Positions 20,301-28,023 of a DNA stretch of 45,263 bases are shown one piece after another. Source of the stretch: Candidatus Bathyarchaeota archaeon. GTDB lineage: Archaea; Thermoproteota; Bathyarchaeia; Bathyarchaeales; Bathyarchaeaceae. The notes under the pieces are model-generated. The model was not told the origin of the DNA and searched no databases. It saw nothing but the letters and a program-made list of their open reading frames with translations. The stretch spans positions 1-45,263 of the forward strand of contig JASFPO010000002.1 in the NCBI GenBank assembly GCA_050115935.1, read 5' to 3'. The stretch's first letter is position 1; every line of letters starts with the position of its first letter. The translations under genes and the position numbers were made by a program.

Positions 20301-20355
20301 CAGCAATCCCACCACCGATTACCATCACAGCCCCGACTTTGTCCACCATGATCAT
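17326..20355 (-). CDS. hdrA: Double (tandem-fused) HdrA-like flavoprotein, copy 1 (1009 aa)
   Basis: The N-half has VIGGGIAGVQASLDLA, DKTFPTNDCAMCILAPK, an inserted ferredoxin (CTGCGVCAQKCP, CLGCGICEEVC) and CVGSRD..CSSVCCMY. The C-half has the N-domain CHCGINIGG..SCSPRTHEP, VIGGGLAGMTAALALS, CVGSRN..CSRMCCGE and a C-terminal 2x[4Fe-4S] (CTACELCMLVC, CKGCGACAATC). Confidence 0.9.
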   Translation of the reverse strand: MIMVDKVGAVMVIGGGIAGVQASLDLADSDFKVYLVDSSPSIGGTMAQLDKTFPTNDCAMCILAPKLVAAGRHQNINLMTNTVIRRVEGEAGRFKVTLTRKSRRVDEDKCTGCGVCAQKCPVEALDVFNEGLSKGGAIYVKYPQAVPLVFIINKEKCLGCGICEEVCKAGAIRYDQEDGELQLDVGVIVLATGFDEFDPSLKTEYGYGRYLNVVSSIEFERLLSASGPHAGMVLRPSDGDIPRRIAFIQCVGSRDVTCGSGYCSSVCCMYATKEAVIAKEHMSQIEPTIFAMDVRAYGKDFDKYIERAKDEYGVRFVRCRVSSVEEVPETRNLRIKYESEDGKLVQEEFDLVVLTLGIKPAGGNKELAEKLGVRLDEYDFFKTQSFTPTRTSKPGILVCGAASSPKDIPETVTQASAASATVGELLSSVRGTLVKKKEYPKELDVRGQPPRIGVFVCHCGINIGGVVSVPSVVEYARTLPNVVHACDNLYTCSSDTQEIIKNRIKEYGLNRVIVASCSPRTHEPLFQETIKEAGLNRYLFEMTNIRDQCSWVHMHDHEAATEKAKDLVRMAVAKARVIEPLERLSLNVTSRGLVIGGGLAGMTAALALSEQGFEVDLVEKNKELGGFLRKIHHTLDNDDTQQYLRSMIEKVYSNELIKVFLNAKVDNVSGYVGNFKTTVTLNSGNEVKRELEHGAIIVATGGEEYRPKEYLYGKDSRVLTQLELENRIATDSHGNFGNVVMVQCVGSRNDEHPYCSRMCCGEAVKNALKIREKDPQANVYVLYRDIRTYGLMEEQYRRAREAGVVFIRYEEENKPKVTKTISQGKEALHVSVLEPTIQEDIIIDTDLLVLSAAVVPPKENEILAKMLKVPVNEDGFFLEAHAKLRPVDFATEGIFVCGMAHSPKSIEESISQAKAAVSRACTLLTRDTIEAEGIIATVNPNRCTACELCMLVCAYNAIEIEETRRGKVAKVNSALCKGCGACAATCRCSAIDIKGFTDMQMSLIINALR

Positions 20356-21119
20356 CTCTCCAAGGCAGTATAGAATGGGGTCATGCCCTCTACTCTGTCG
20401 AGGCTAATTAGGCCTCTGCGTCTCAGAATCACCACGTGGCCCAGTACCTGCTTGTTGTCTATCCCTAAGCGTTTGGACAAATGCTTGATTGACATTGGCT
20501 TGTTCTCTAGTAAGAGATAAATTCGGTTACGTATGTACTCGGACGAGAGAGCCTCATCCATCTTCTCATCGAATTCTTCCTGCGATATCTCCTCGCCATA
20601 GACGTTTCCTTCCTCGATCATTTTCCTCTCTCTGGCCACGAGTGCTCGTAGCCGAAAATCTTCCACTGCCTTCTTTGCTGCTTGTATACCTTCCAGTTTC
20701 TCTGAATCCATTTTTTCTTTCCGCAGCGGAGAGGGGCCAAGAACCTTGATGTGGTTTGTAAAATCTCGGATGATCTCTGCAAATCGAGCTCCCTCCGATG
20801 CAGAGACCCATTCAAGGCGTAGGCGCTCTGTCAAGCCTAATGGAGCTATTATTTTTTTGAGCATCTTGAACTTCCGTTCAGCTTCATAGTTCCCGGTCAT
20901 GTAGTGGCAGTCACCAGGATGGCAGCCCATGACAATAACGCCGTCCAGACCACTGCTCAGTGCCTCCAGTATCATGACGGGGTCAATTCTTCCAGTACAC
21001 ATTACTCTGATAACCCTCAGGTTAGAGGGATATTGAATTCGGCTAACGCCGGCTAGGTCAGCGCCAGCATAGGAGCACCAGTTGCAGAGGAAACCTAATA
21101 TTTTTGGCTCGAACTTCAT
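20352..21119 (-). CDS. mvhD: MvhD-like subunit with ~115-aa C-terminal extension ending in a winged-helix-like domain (255 aa)
   Basis: The N-terminal 140 aa are MvhD (FLCNWCSYAGADLAG, GCHPGDCHY). The C-terminus MSIKHLSKRLGIDNKQVLGHVVILRRRGLISLDRVEGMTPFY looks like helix-turn-helix plus wing. ATGA overlaps occur on both sides. Confidence 0.8.
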   Translation of the reverse strand: MKFEPKILGFLCNWCSYAGADLAGVSRIQYPSNLRVIRVMCTGRIDPVMILEALSSGLDGVIVMGCHPGDCHYMTGNYEAERKFKMLKKIIAPLGLTERLRLEWVSASEGARFAEIIRDFTNHIKVLGPSPLRKEKMDSEKLEGIQAAKKAVEDFRLRALVARERKMIEEGNVYGEEISQEEFDEKMDEALSSEYIRNRIYLLLENKPMSIKHLSKRLGIDNKQVLGHVVILRRRGLISLDRVEGMTPFYTALER

Positions 21120-24100
21120 GCGGTTGCCCTCTCCAGCAAGGCTCTTGCCTGGGAAGTGATCTGTTCATCGGTGAAGTGAGGTATGGTGACAGCCCTTTCA
21201 GGGCAACTTGCTGCGCAGAGACCACAACCTTTGCAGAGCACCACTGTTACCTCAGCCACACCCACTTCGTTCTTTCCTATTGCACCGTAGGGACAAAGTT
21301 TCACGCAAGTCCCACATCCCGTGCATGTCTTTTCATCGATTGAAGCAACGATTCCTTCGGCCTCAATCTTTCTCTTTGAAAGGATTGTACACGCCCTCGA
21401 AACAGCTGCATACGCTTGGGAAATGCTTTCTTCAATGGATTTCGGCGCGTGAGCCATTCCGCAGACGAAAACTCCATCAGTGGTGAAATCGACGGGACGC
21501 AGTTTCGCGTGCGCTTCCAAGAAGAAGCCATTCTCGTTTAAGGGAACCTTTAGCATCTTGGCTAAGACGCTGTTTTCCTCGGGCGGGACGACAGCGGCAC
21601 TCAACACCACCAGATCAGCGTCGATTGAAACCTGTTCGCCAATTGTGGGTTCATAGACTGAGACGCTTAGGATGTCTCTTCCATCTTGTGATTTGCTCCT
21701 AATGACCTCAGGTTTCTTGTCATCATCGTAACGAATGAAGACTACTCCGAGTTCTCTCGCTTTTCCATAGTAGGTTTCAATCAATCCATAAGTTCTCATG
21801 TCTCGATATAGTACGAATACCTCCGCGTTAGGATTTTTCTCCTTAATCTTCAAGGCATTTTTAACCGCCTCACCACAACACACACGACTGCAATATGGAC
21901 GGACGTTATCCCTGGAACCAACACACTGAATCATTACTACAGAATCTAGTTCATTGGCACCACCACCCGTCGAGAGACGATCCTCCAACTCTGACTGAGT
22001 GATTATCTTGGGATCCACCCCGTACTGATACTCGTTTGGTTTGTGCTCTTCACTTCCTGTAGCCACGACTACGATTCCATGATCTAAATCCTTCATTTCA
22101 GAGCCCTGAGTTATGACGGTTCTGAAGTTCCCCACATAACCAGAGATTTCCTCAACTTTGGCTCCTAAGAAAGTGTGAATCAGATGGTTTCCTTGAACCT
22201 TACCAATCAATCTTTTCAAGTACTCTTGTGGGTCTTCTCCTTCTAGCGTATAGTGAATGTTACGAAGAAACCCGCCTAACTCTTGTTCTTTCTCAGTCAA
22301 GTAAACCTCAAAACCTTGCTCAGCCAAAGCCAGAGCCGCAGTCATCCCGGACAAGCCTCCGCCAATCACAAGTCCCTTAGGAACAACATCCAGAAGTATT
22401 CTATCCAACGGCTCAAGTCTTCCAGCTTTAGCCACTGCCATCCTAACTAAGTCCTTAGCCTTCTCCGTTGCGGCTTCATGTTCGAGCATATGTACCCAGG
22501 AACATTGGTCACGGATGTTGGCCATTTCAAAAAGATACACGTTTAACCCAACTTCCCTTAGTGTTTCTTGGAACAGTGGTTCATGGGTCCGAGGAGTGCA
22601 TGAGGCCACAACAACTCTGTTGAGGTTATGCTCTTTGATTCGATTCTTGATTATCTCCTGAGTGTCTGAAGAACAGGTATAGAGATTGTCGCAGGCGTGG
22701 ACGACATTTGGAAGGGTTCGAGCGTACTCCACAACGCTCGGGACATCGACAACTCCTCCGATGTTAATACCACAGTGACAAACGAAAACCCCAATTCTCG
22801 GCGGCTGACCTCCAACATCCAGCTCTTCTGCATAAACCTTCTTCCCTACCAAGGTTCCTCGAACAGAAGACAGCAACTCACCCACACTAGCAGAAGCCGC
22901 GCTAGCCTGAGTAACAGTCTCAGGAATATCCTTGGGCGAGGAGAACATACCGCAAACAAAGACCCCGGGCCTAGAGGTTCTCATAGGGTGAAAGGTTTGG
23001 GTTTTGCAGAACCCATGCTCGTTCAGCTCAACCCCGAGGCTTTTAGCCAATTTCTTTGTGTTCTCAGATGGAGCAAAACCGACCGAAAGGACGACTAGGT
23101 CAAACTCTTCCTCATGCAGCCTTCCTTCTTCGGTCTCATATCTTATCTTTAGGTTTTTTGTCTCAGGAATCTCCTCTAATCTGGATACCCTGCACCTGAC
23201 AAATCTGACTCCATACTCATTCTTAGCCCTCTCAATGTACTTGTCAAAATCCTTCCCATAAGCACGCAAGTCTATATAAAAGATCGCGGGTTCAATCTGA
23301 CTCATATGTTCTCGGGCTATAACCGCTTCCTTTGTGGCATACATACAGCAAACCGAAGAGCAGTAACCGTTTCCACATGTGACATCTCTGGAACCAACGC
23401 ACTGTATGAAAGCAATTTTTGTGGGGATATCTCCGTCTGAGGGTCTCTGCACACGCCCGAAGAAAGGCCCAGAAGCGCTCAAGATGCGCTCAAACTCGAT
23501 GCTCGTAACCACATTAGGATATCGTCCCCAACCGTACGCGCTCTTCAGCTTCGCGTTGAACTCCTTAATACCAGGGGCAAGAACGACAGCGCCAACGTTC
23601 AGCTTAACCTTCTTCTCTTGATCGGAATAGTTTATGGCATCGGCAAGACAAACGTTCTTGCAGAGTCCACAGCCTACACACTTTTCTCTGTCGATTAGGT
23701 ACACCAAGGGGACGGCTTGCGGGTAGTTAATGTGAATCGCTGTTCTCTCACTCAAGCTTTTGTTGAAGGCATCTACGGCGTCAACTGGACAGAATTTGGC
23801 GCAAAGCCCGCACCCTGTACACTTCTCGAGGTCAACGTATCTTGGTCGTTTCCTCACCGAGACATTGAAGTTGCCAGCCTCTCCAGAAATCTCGGTGACT
23901 TCAGAGCACGTCAAGACTTCAACGTTCATGTGTCTTCCGCACTCTACGAGCTTTGGGGACAGAATGCACATGGAGCAGTCGTTGGTTGGAAAGGTTTTGT
24001 CCAGCTGCGCCATGATCCCTCCTATAGCGGAGGAGTTATCCACCACGTAAACTTTGAACCCAGACTCAGCTAGGTCGAGCGCAGCCTGTATCCCTCCAAT

Positions 24101-24175
24101 TCCTCCACCTACAACCATCACCGAACCCACTTTGCTTACTTCAGAAACCGGGTTTCCTGAGTTCATGTTTGACAT
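21116..24175 (-). CDS. hdrA: Double (tandem-fused) HdrA-like flavoprotein, copy 2 (1019 aa)
   Basis: Same two-module architecture and motif set as copy 1 (DKTFPTNDCSMCILSPK; CHCGINIGG; C-terminal CTGCGTCVKLC / CKGCGLCAASC). Confidence 0.9.
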   Translation of the reverse strand: MSNMNSGNPVSEVSKVGSVMVVGGGIGGIQAALDLAESGFKVYVVDNSSAIGGIMAQLDKTFPTNDCSMCILSPKLVECGRHMNVEVLTCSEVTEISGEAGNFNVSVRKRPRYVDLEKCTGCGLCAKFCPVDAVDAFNKSLSERTAIHINYPQAVPLVYLIDREKCVGCGLCKNVCLADAINYSDQEKKVKLNVGAVVLAPGIKEFNAKLKSAYGWGRYPNVVTSIEFERILSASGPFFGRVQRPSDGDIPTKIAFIQCVGSRDVTCGNGYCSSVCCMYATKEAVIAREHMSQIEPAIFYIDLRAYGKDFDKYIERAKNEYGVRFVRCRVSRLEEIPETKNLKIRYETEEGRLHEEEFDLVVLSVGFAPSENTKKLAKSLGVELNEHGFCKTQTFHPMRTSRPGVFVCGMFSSPKDIPETVTQASAASASVGELLSSVRGTLVGKKVYAEELDVGGQPPRIGVFVCHCGINIGGVVDVPSVVEYARTLPNVVHACDNLYTCSSDTQEIIKNRIKEHNLNRVVVASCTPRTHEPLFQETLREVGLNVYLFEMANIRDQCSWVHMLEHEAATEKAKDLVRMAVAKAGRLEPLDRILLDVVPKGLVIGGGLSGMTAALALAEQGFEVYLTEKEQELGGFLRNIHYTLEGEDPQEYLKRLIGKVQGNHLIHTFLGAKVEEISGYVGNFRTVITQGSEMKDLDHGIVVVATGSEEHKPNEYQYGVDPKIITQSELEDRLSTGGGANELDSVVMIQCVGSRDNVRPYCSRVCCGEAVKNALKIKEKNPNAEVFVLYRDMRTYGLIETYYGKARELGVVFIRYDDDKKPEVIRSKSQDGRDILSVSVYEPTIGEQVSIDADLVVLSAAVVPPEENSVLAKMLKVPLNENGFFLEAHAKLRPVDFTTDGVFVCGMAHAPKSIEESISQAYAAVSRACTILSKRKIEAEGIVASIDEKTCTGCGTCVKLCPYGAIGKNEVGVAEVTVVLCKGCGLCAASCPERAVTIPHFTDEQITSQARALLERATA

Positions 24176-24199
24176 CCTCCATGCGGTTTACTTTGCCTC

Positions 24200-24982
24200 T
24201 CACTCTCCAACTCTTCGATACTTAGGGCTGTTTCCTTCAATTCCGACGACGGAGATTAATCCATCGCGCTCGAGAGAGACTATGCTTTTCAGCACTTCCC
24301 TTGGTGAAGTTTCCACTCGCTGGGCTATCTCTTTGACAGAGAGAGAGTCTTCTTTCAAGGAGAGAAGAACTCTTCTTCTTGCAAACTCCTTTTCGACGGT
24401 TTGTAGCGTCAGTTGGTCGAATTCTTCTTGTGACACTTTCTCTCCGAAGACATTTTTGTCCTCTATGAGTTCCCTTTCTCTGCCCACCAGCCATCTAATC
24501 CTCTGCTGGGCTAGAGCCTCCTTGGCTGCGACCAAACGCGCTCTCAACTGTTGTTGCGCCAAGTTTGTTTCTTTACCAAGTGGCCCCAGCTTTCTTATCT
24601 TTACGGTGAAATCTTTGACCAAGGTTGCAAAGCGTTCACCCTCAGCCGCGGACACCCAATCGACCAATAATCGCTTGGGAGATAACCCTATGTTTTTCAG
24701 GACGTTTTTCGTCGTCTTCATCCTTCTTTCCGTGTAATAGTTTCCAGTTATATAGTGACAGTCGCCGAGGTGGCAACCCAGAACCATGACACCATCTAGT
24801 CCTTGGATGAAGGCTTCGAGAACGATGGTTGGATCAACCCTTGCTGAACACATCACCCTGATGGTTCTGATGTTTGGCGGATATTGAAAGCGGCTGACTC
24901 CAGCTAGGTCTGCGCCAGCGTAGGAACACCAGTTGCAGAGGAATCCAAGGATGTCTGGTCCAAAACTCTCTTCTAAGGTCAA
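24200..24982 (-). CDS. mvhD: MvhD-like subunit with C-terminal winged-helix-like extension (260 aa)
   Basis: The MvhD core (FLCNWCSYAGADLAG, GCHLGDCHY) is followed by an extension ending LSVKEIAQRVETSPREVLKSIVSLERDGLISVVGIEGNSPKY. It is a paralog of 20352..21119. Confidence 0.8.
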   Translation of the reverse strand: MTLEESFGPDILGFLCNWCSYAGADLAGVSRFQYPPNIRTIRVMCSARVDPTIVLEAFIQGLDGVMVLGCHLGDCHYITGNYYTERRMKTTKNVLKNIGLSPKRLLVDWVSAAEGERFATLVKDFTVKIRKLGPLGKETNLAQQQLRARLVAAKEALAQQRIRWLVGRERELIEDKNVFGEKVSQEEFDQLTLQTVEKEFARRRVLLSLKEDSLSVKEIAQRVETSPREVLKSIVSLERDGLISVVGIEGNSPKYRRVGE

Positions 24983-26691
24983 GATTTCACCTCAGCTAGG
25001 GCAGTCACTTGGGCGAGGAGCTGCTCGTCAGTGAAGTGCTGCATAGTGATCGCCATCTGGGGACACCCTGCTCCACACGCTCCGCACCCCTTGCAGGAGG
25101 CGGCTATCACTTTGGCCTTCATTCCCTTGTCGGTTTCTTCGAGTCGTATTGCCTTGTAGGGACAGATTAGCTCGCATAGACTGCAGCCCGAGCATTTGCC
25201 CTTGTCAACCATGGCAGTTAATGCTTCAGTGTGTAGTTTCTTAGCAGACATTGGGATAGATGCTCTAGAAGCCGCACCATAAGCTTGTGAAATGCTCTCT
25301 CCAACATCAGCGGGCCAGTGGGCACAGCCGCATACATAGACGCCATCTGTGGCGAAGTCAACGGGTCTCAGCTTCACATGGGCTTCAAGGAAGAATCCAA
25401 TTGGTCCGAGTGGCACCTTGAGCTTCCGCGATAGTTCCTTCGCGTCCTCATGTTGAATCAGAGGCGTTGACAACACAACCAGATCGGCCTCGATTCTGAC
25501 TTGCTCACCAATAAGCGAATGATAGACACTGACATCTAGTTTTCCATTTCTTCCTTGAGAAATTTCTGGGGGTTTTTCCGGAAGATGTCTAATGAATTTC
25601 ACGTCTTTCTTTTGAACTTCTCTGTGATATTTTTCATATTCCTTTCCATAGGTTTGGAGGTCTCGATAGAGGACATATATATCGGCATCTGGATGAAGGT
25701 CTTTAAGAAGTCTTGCATTTTTTAGCGCAGTCATGCAACATATTCTTGAGCAGTCACTTCTGCCCTCTTTCCTAGATCCCACGCATTGGATCATGACAAC
25801 TTTCCCTAGATTCTGTAATCGTCTATTCTTGAGAAGTTGCTCAAGCTGAAGCTGAGTTATTACGTTGTCATATTTCTTGTACCCATACATGCCAACAGGC
25901 TCAAAATTGACAGCTCCTGTGGCAACAATGATCGTTCCTATTCCGAGGTCTATGGTCTTCCCGCTTCTTCTCTGGATTGTAGCTTCAAAGTTTCCGATGA
26001 AGCCATCGACTTTCTTTACAACAGATGATGTTAAAATTTCTATATTTTCATTTGACCCGACCGCACTGACAAGTTGATTTACAACTTCGGATGCATCTCG
26101 CATGGTTGGATACAACTTGTTTAGGCTTCTGAGCATTCCACCCATCTCAGGTTCCTTTTCGACAATGTAGACGTTAAAACCCTGATTGGCAAGGCAGAGG
26201 GCAGCCGTCATGCCAGCGACTCCACCTCCGATAACTAAGGCAGAAGGAGTTACGTCTATTTCCGTCTCTTCTTGTGGTTGAAGTAGACTAGCCTTCGCCA
26301 CTGCCATTCTCACTAGATCCTTCGCCTTCTCTGTGGCGGTTTCTGGGTCTTGTATGTGTACCCAAGAACACTGGTCACGGATGTTGGCCATTTCAAAAAG
26401 ATACTTATTCAGACCGGCTTCTGTGCATGTAGCTCTAAAAAGCGGCTCGTGGGTTCGAGGTGTGCATGAAGCTACAACGACTCTATTTAGATTATATTTC
26501 TGTATTCCCTCCTTGATCTTGCTCAGTCCTTCTGAAGAGCACGTATAGAGATTTTCCTCTGCGTAGACTACGTTTGGCAGTTCTTTGGCGTATTCGACGA
26601 CTTCTGGCACTTCAATCACGCCGCCTATGTTGATGCCACATTGGCAAATGAAAACACCAATTTTCGGCGTCTCGTCATTGCTGTGCTCCAT
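24979..26691 (-). CDS. hdrA: HdrA-like C-module as a separate ORF (570 aa; equivalent to the C-half of the double HdrA)
   Basis: It starts MEHSNDETPKIGVFICQCGINIGG and has VIGGGVAGMTAALCLA, CVGSRKEGRSDCSRICCM and a C-terminal CSGCSLCELIC / CKGCGACGAGC. Its ATG 26689-26691 directly abuts the TAG of the upstream ORF in the same frame. Confidence 0.85.
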   Translation of the reverse strand: MEHSNDETPKIGVFICQCGINIGGVIEVPEVVEYAKELPNVVYAEENLYTCSSEGLSKIKEGIQKYNLNRVVVASCTPRTHEPLFRATCTEAGLNKYLFEMANIRDQCSWVHIQDPETATEKAKDLVRMAVAKASLLQPQEETEIDVTPSALVIGGGVAGMTAALCLANQGFNVYIVEKEPEMGGMLRSLNKLYPTMRDASEVVNQLVSAVGSNENIEILTSSVVKKVDGFIGNFEATIQRRSGKTIDLGIGTIIVATGAVNFEPVGMYGYKKYDNVITQLQLEQLLKNRRLQNLGKVVMIQCVGSRKEGRSDCSRICCMTALKNARLLKDLHPDADIYVLYRDLQTYGKEYEKYHREVQKKDVKFIRHLPEKPPEISQGRNGKLDVSVYHSLIGEQVRIEADLVVLSTPLIQHEDAKELSRKLKVPLGPIGFFLEAHVKLRPVDFATDGVYVCGCAHWPADVGESISQAYGAASRASIPMSAKKLHTEALTAMVDKGKCSGCSLCELICPYKAIRLEETDKGMKAKVIAASCKGCGACGAGCPQMAITMQHFTDEQLLAQVTALAEVKS

Positions 26692-28023
26692 CTATCGAAC
26701 CTCCTCGTGTGCTACCAGCGCTACTACTTCTGCAGCTCTCGCGGCTGCTCCACTGGCTTGTGCAACAGATTCTGGAATATCTTTAGGACCATGGCAACAT
26801 CCGCAGACGAAAACTCCTTGGATATTCGTGTCGACAGGCATCATCACGGAGTCTTTGGCTTCGAAGAAGCCGTATTCATCAAGTTTTACTCCGAGCTTTT
26901 CGCTTAGCTCCTTGTTAGACTCCTTGGGGACAAAAGCCGGGCAAAGGACCACCATATCCACTTTTAGCTCTCTCACTTCTCTGGTTATGGTATGTTCGCA
27001 AGAGATTACAAGATCCTTTGTTCTCGGATCCTCTGAAATCTCGCTAGGACGTCCTCTAATATATTGTATGCCCCAATTCTCTCTTGCTCTGTCGATGAAG
27101 CTTTGGAAACCCTTCCCAGAGGCTCTAAGGTCTATGTAGAATATGAAAACCTCAGAATCGGATTCATGTTCCTTTATTAATATCGCTTCTTTCGTGGCGT
27201 ACATGCAACATGCGCTAGAGCAGTACGAAACACCTCTTCCCAAGCCCCTTGAACCCACACACTGTATGAAAGCAACCTTGTTAGGGACTTTTCCGTCAGA
27301 TGGCCTTGTTACGTGACCTCCGGTTGGACCGGATGCGTTGGCTAGACGCTCAAGCTCCAGAGAAGTTATAACATTTTTATATCGCTTGTAGCCATATTCA
27401 TTAATTGCAGATGGATTAAGTAGATTGAAGCCCGTAGCGACGATGATAGCGGATACTTCTAGTGTGATCTCTTCAGGCTCTTGTTCAAAGTCCACAGCCT
27501 CGGCTTGACACAACTTTTCACATATTCTGCATACTCCACGTGTGAAGTATAGACAGTTTTCCTTATCGATTGTCGCAATGCGAGGCACGGCTTGCAGGAA
27601 CGGCATATAGATGGCCTGCCTCATTCCAAGGAGCATATCAAATTCGTTAGGCAATCTAACTGGACATTTCTCTGTACACGTGCCACAACCTGTGCATTTA
27701 GCCTCATCAACGAATCGAGGCTTTCTCATGACCTTTACGTTGAAAAGTCCCGCCGATCCGCTGACTTCCTCTATTTTGGAATAAGCCAGCAATGTGATAT
27801 TTGGATGGCGAAAGCACTCAATCATCTTTGGGGCAAGTATGCAAATTGAGCAGTCCAGTGTTGGAAATGTTTTGTCTAGTTGCGCCATTCTTCCGCCTAT
27901 GCTTGGGGTCTCCTCCACGAGGTATACCTTAAATCCACGGTTAGCTAGATCCAAGGATGCTTGTATCCCGGCAACACCACCACCAATCACCAAGATTGAA
28001 GAGCTTTCCTTCAAGAGAATCAC
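26692..28023 (-). CDS. hdrA: HdrA-like N-module as a separate ORF (443 aa; equivalent to the N-half of the double HdrA)
   Basis: It has VIGGGVAGIQASLDLA, DKTFPTLDCSICILAPK, an inserted ferredoxin CTGCGTCTEKCP and CVGSRGLGRGVSYCSSACCMY. It ends ...AHEEVR at TAG 26692-26694. Confidence 0.85.
   Translation of the reverse strand: MILLKESSSILVIGGGVAGIQASLDLANRGFKVYLVEETPSIGGRMAQLDKTFPTLDCSICILAPKMIECFRHPNITLLAYSKIEEVSGSAGLFNVKVMRKPRFVDEAKCTGCGTCTEKCPVRLPNEFDMLLGMRQAIYMPFLQAVPRIATIDKENCLYFTRGVCRICEKLCQAEAVDFEQEPEEITLEVSAIIVATGFNLLNPSAINEYGYKRYKNVITSLELERLANASGPTGGHVTRPSDGKVPNKVAFIQCVGSRGLGRGVSYCSSACCMYATKEAILIKEHESDSEVFIFYIDLRASGKGFQSFIDRARENWGIQYIRGRPSEISEDPRTKDLVISCEHTITREVRELKVDMVVLCPAFVPKESNKELSEKLGVKLDEYGFFEAKDSVMMPVDTNIQGVFVCGCCHGPKDIPESVAQASGAAARAAEVVALVAHEEVR

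Noticed and set aside
18904-23098. A pair of mutually similar 133-aa plus-strand ORFs (18904..19305 and 22697..23098), which could look like a conserved antisense gene
   Set aside because: Both are antisense shadows of the paralogous hdrA genes. Their similarity follows from the high nucleotide identity of the sense genes in that patch.
26689-26694. Pyrrolysine (or another genome-wide reassignment) as the explanation for the in-frame TAG in the third double-HdrA
   Set aside because: TAG is the apparent stop of at least seven other well-supported genes in this window. The MttB homolog has no in-frame TAG. An ATG follows the stop immediately. Local read-through remains untested and is therefore kept as a finding.
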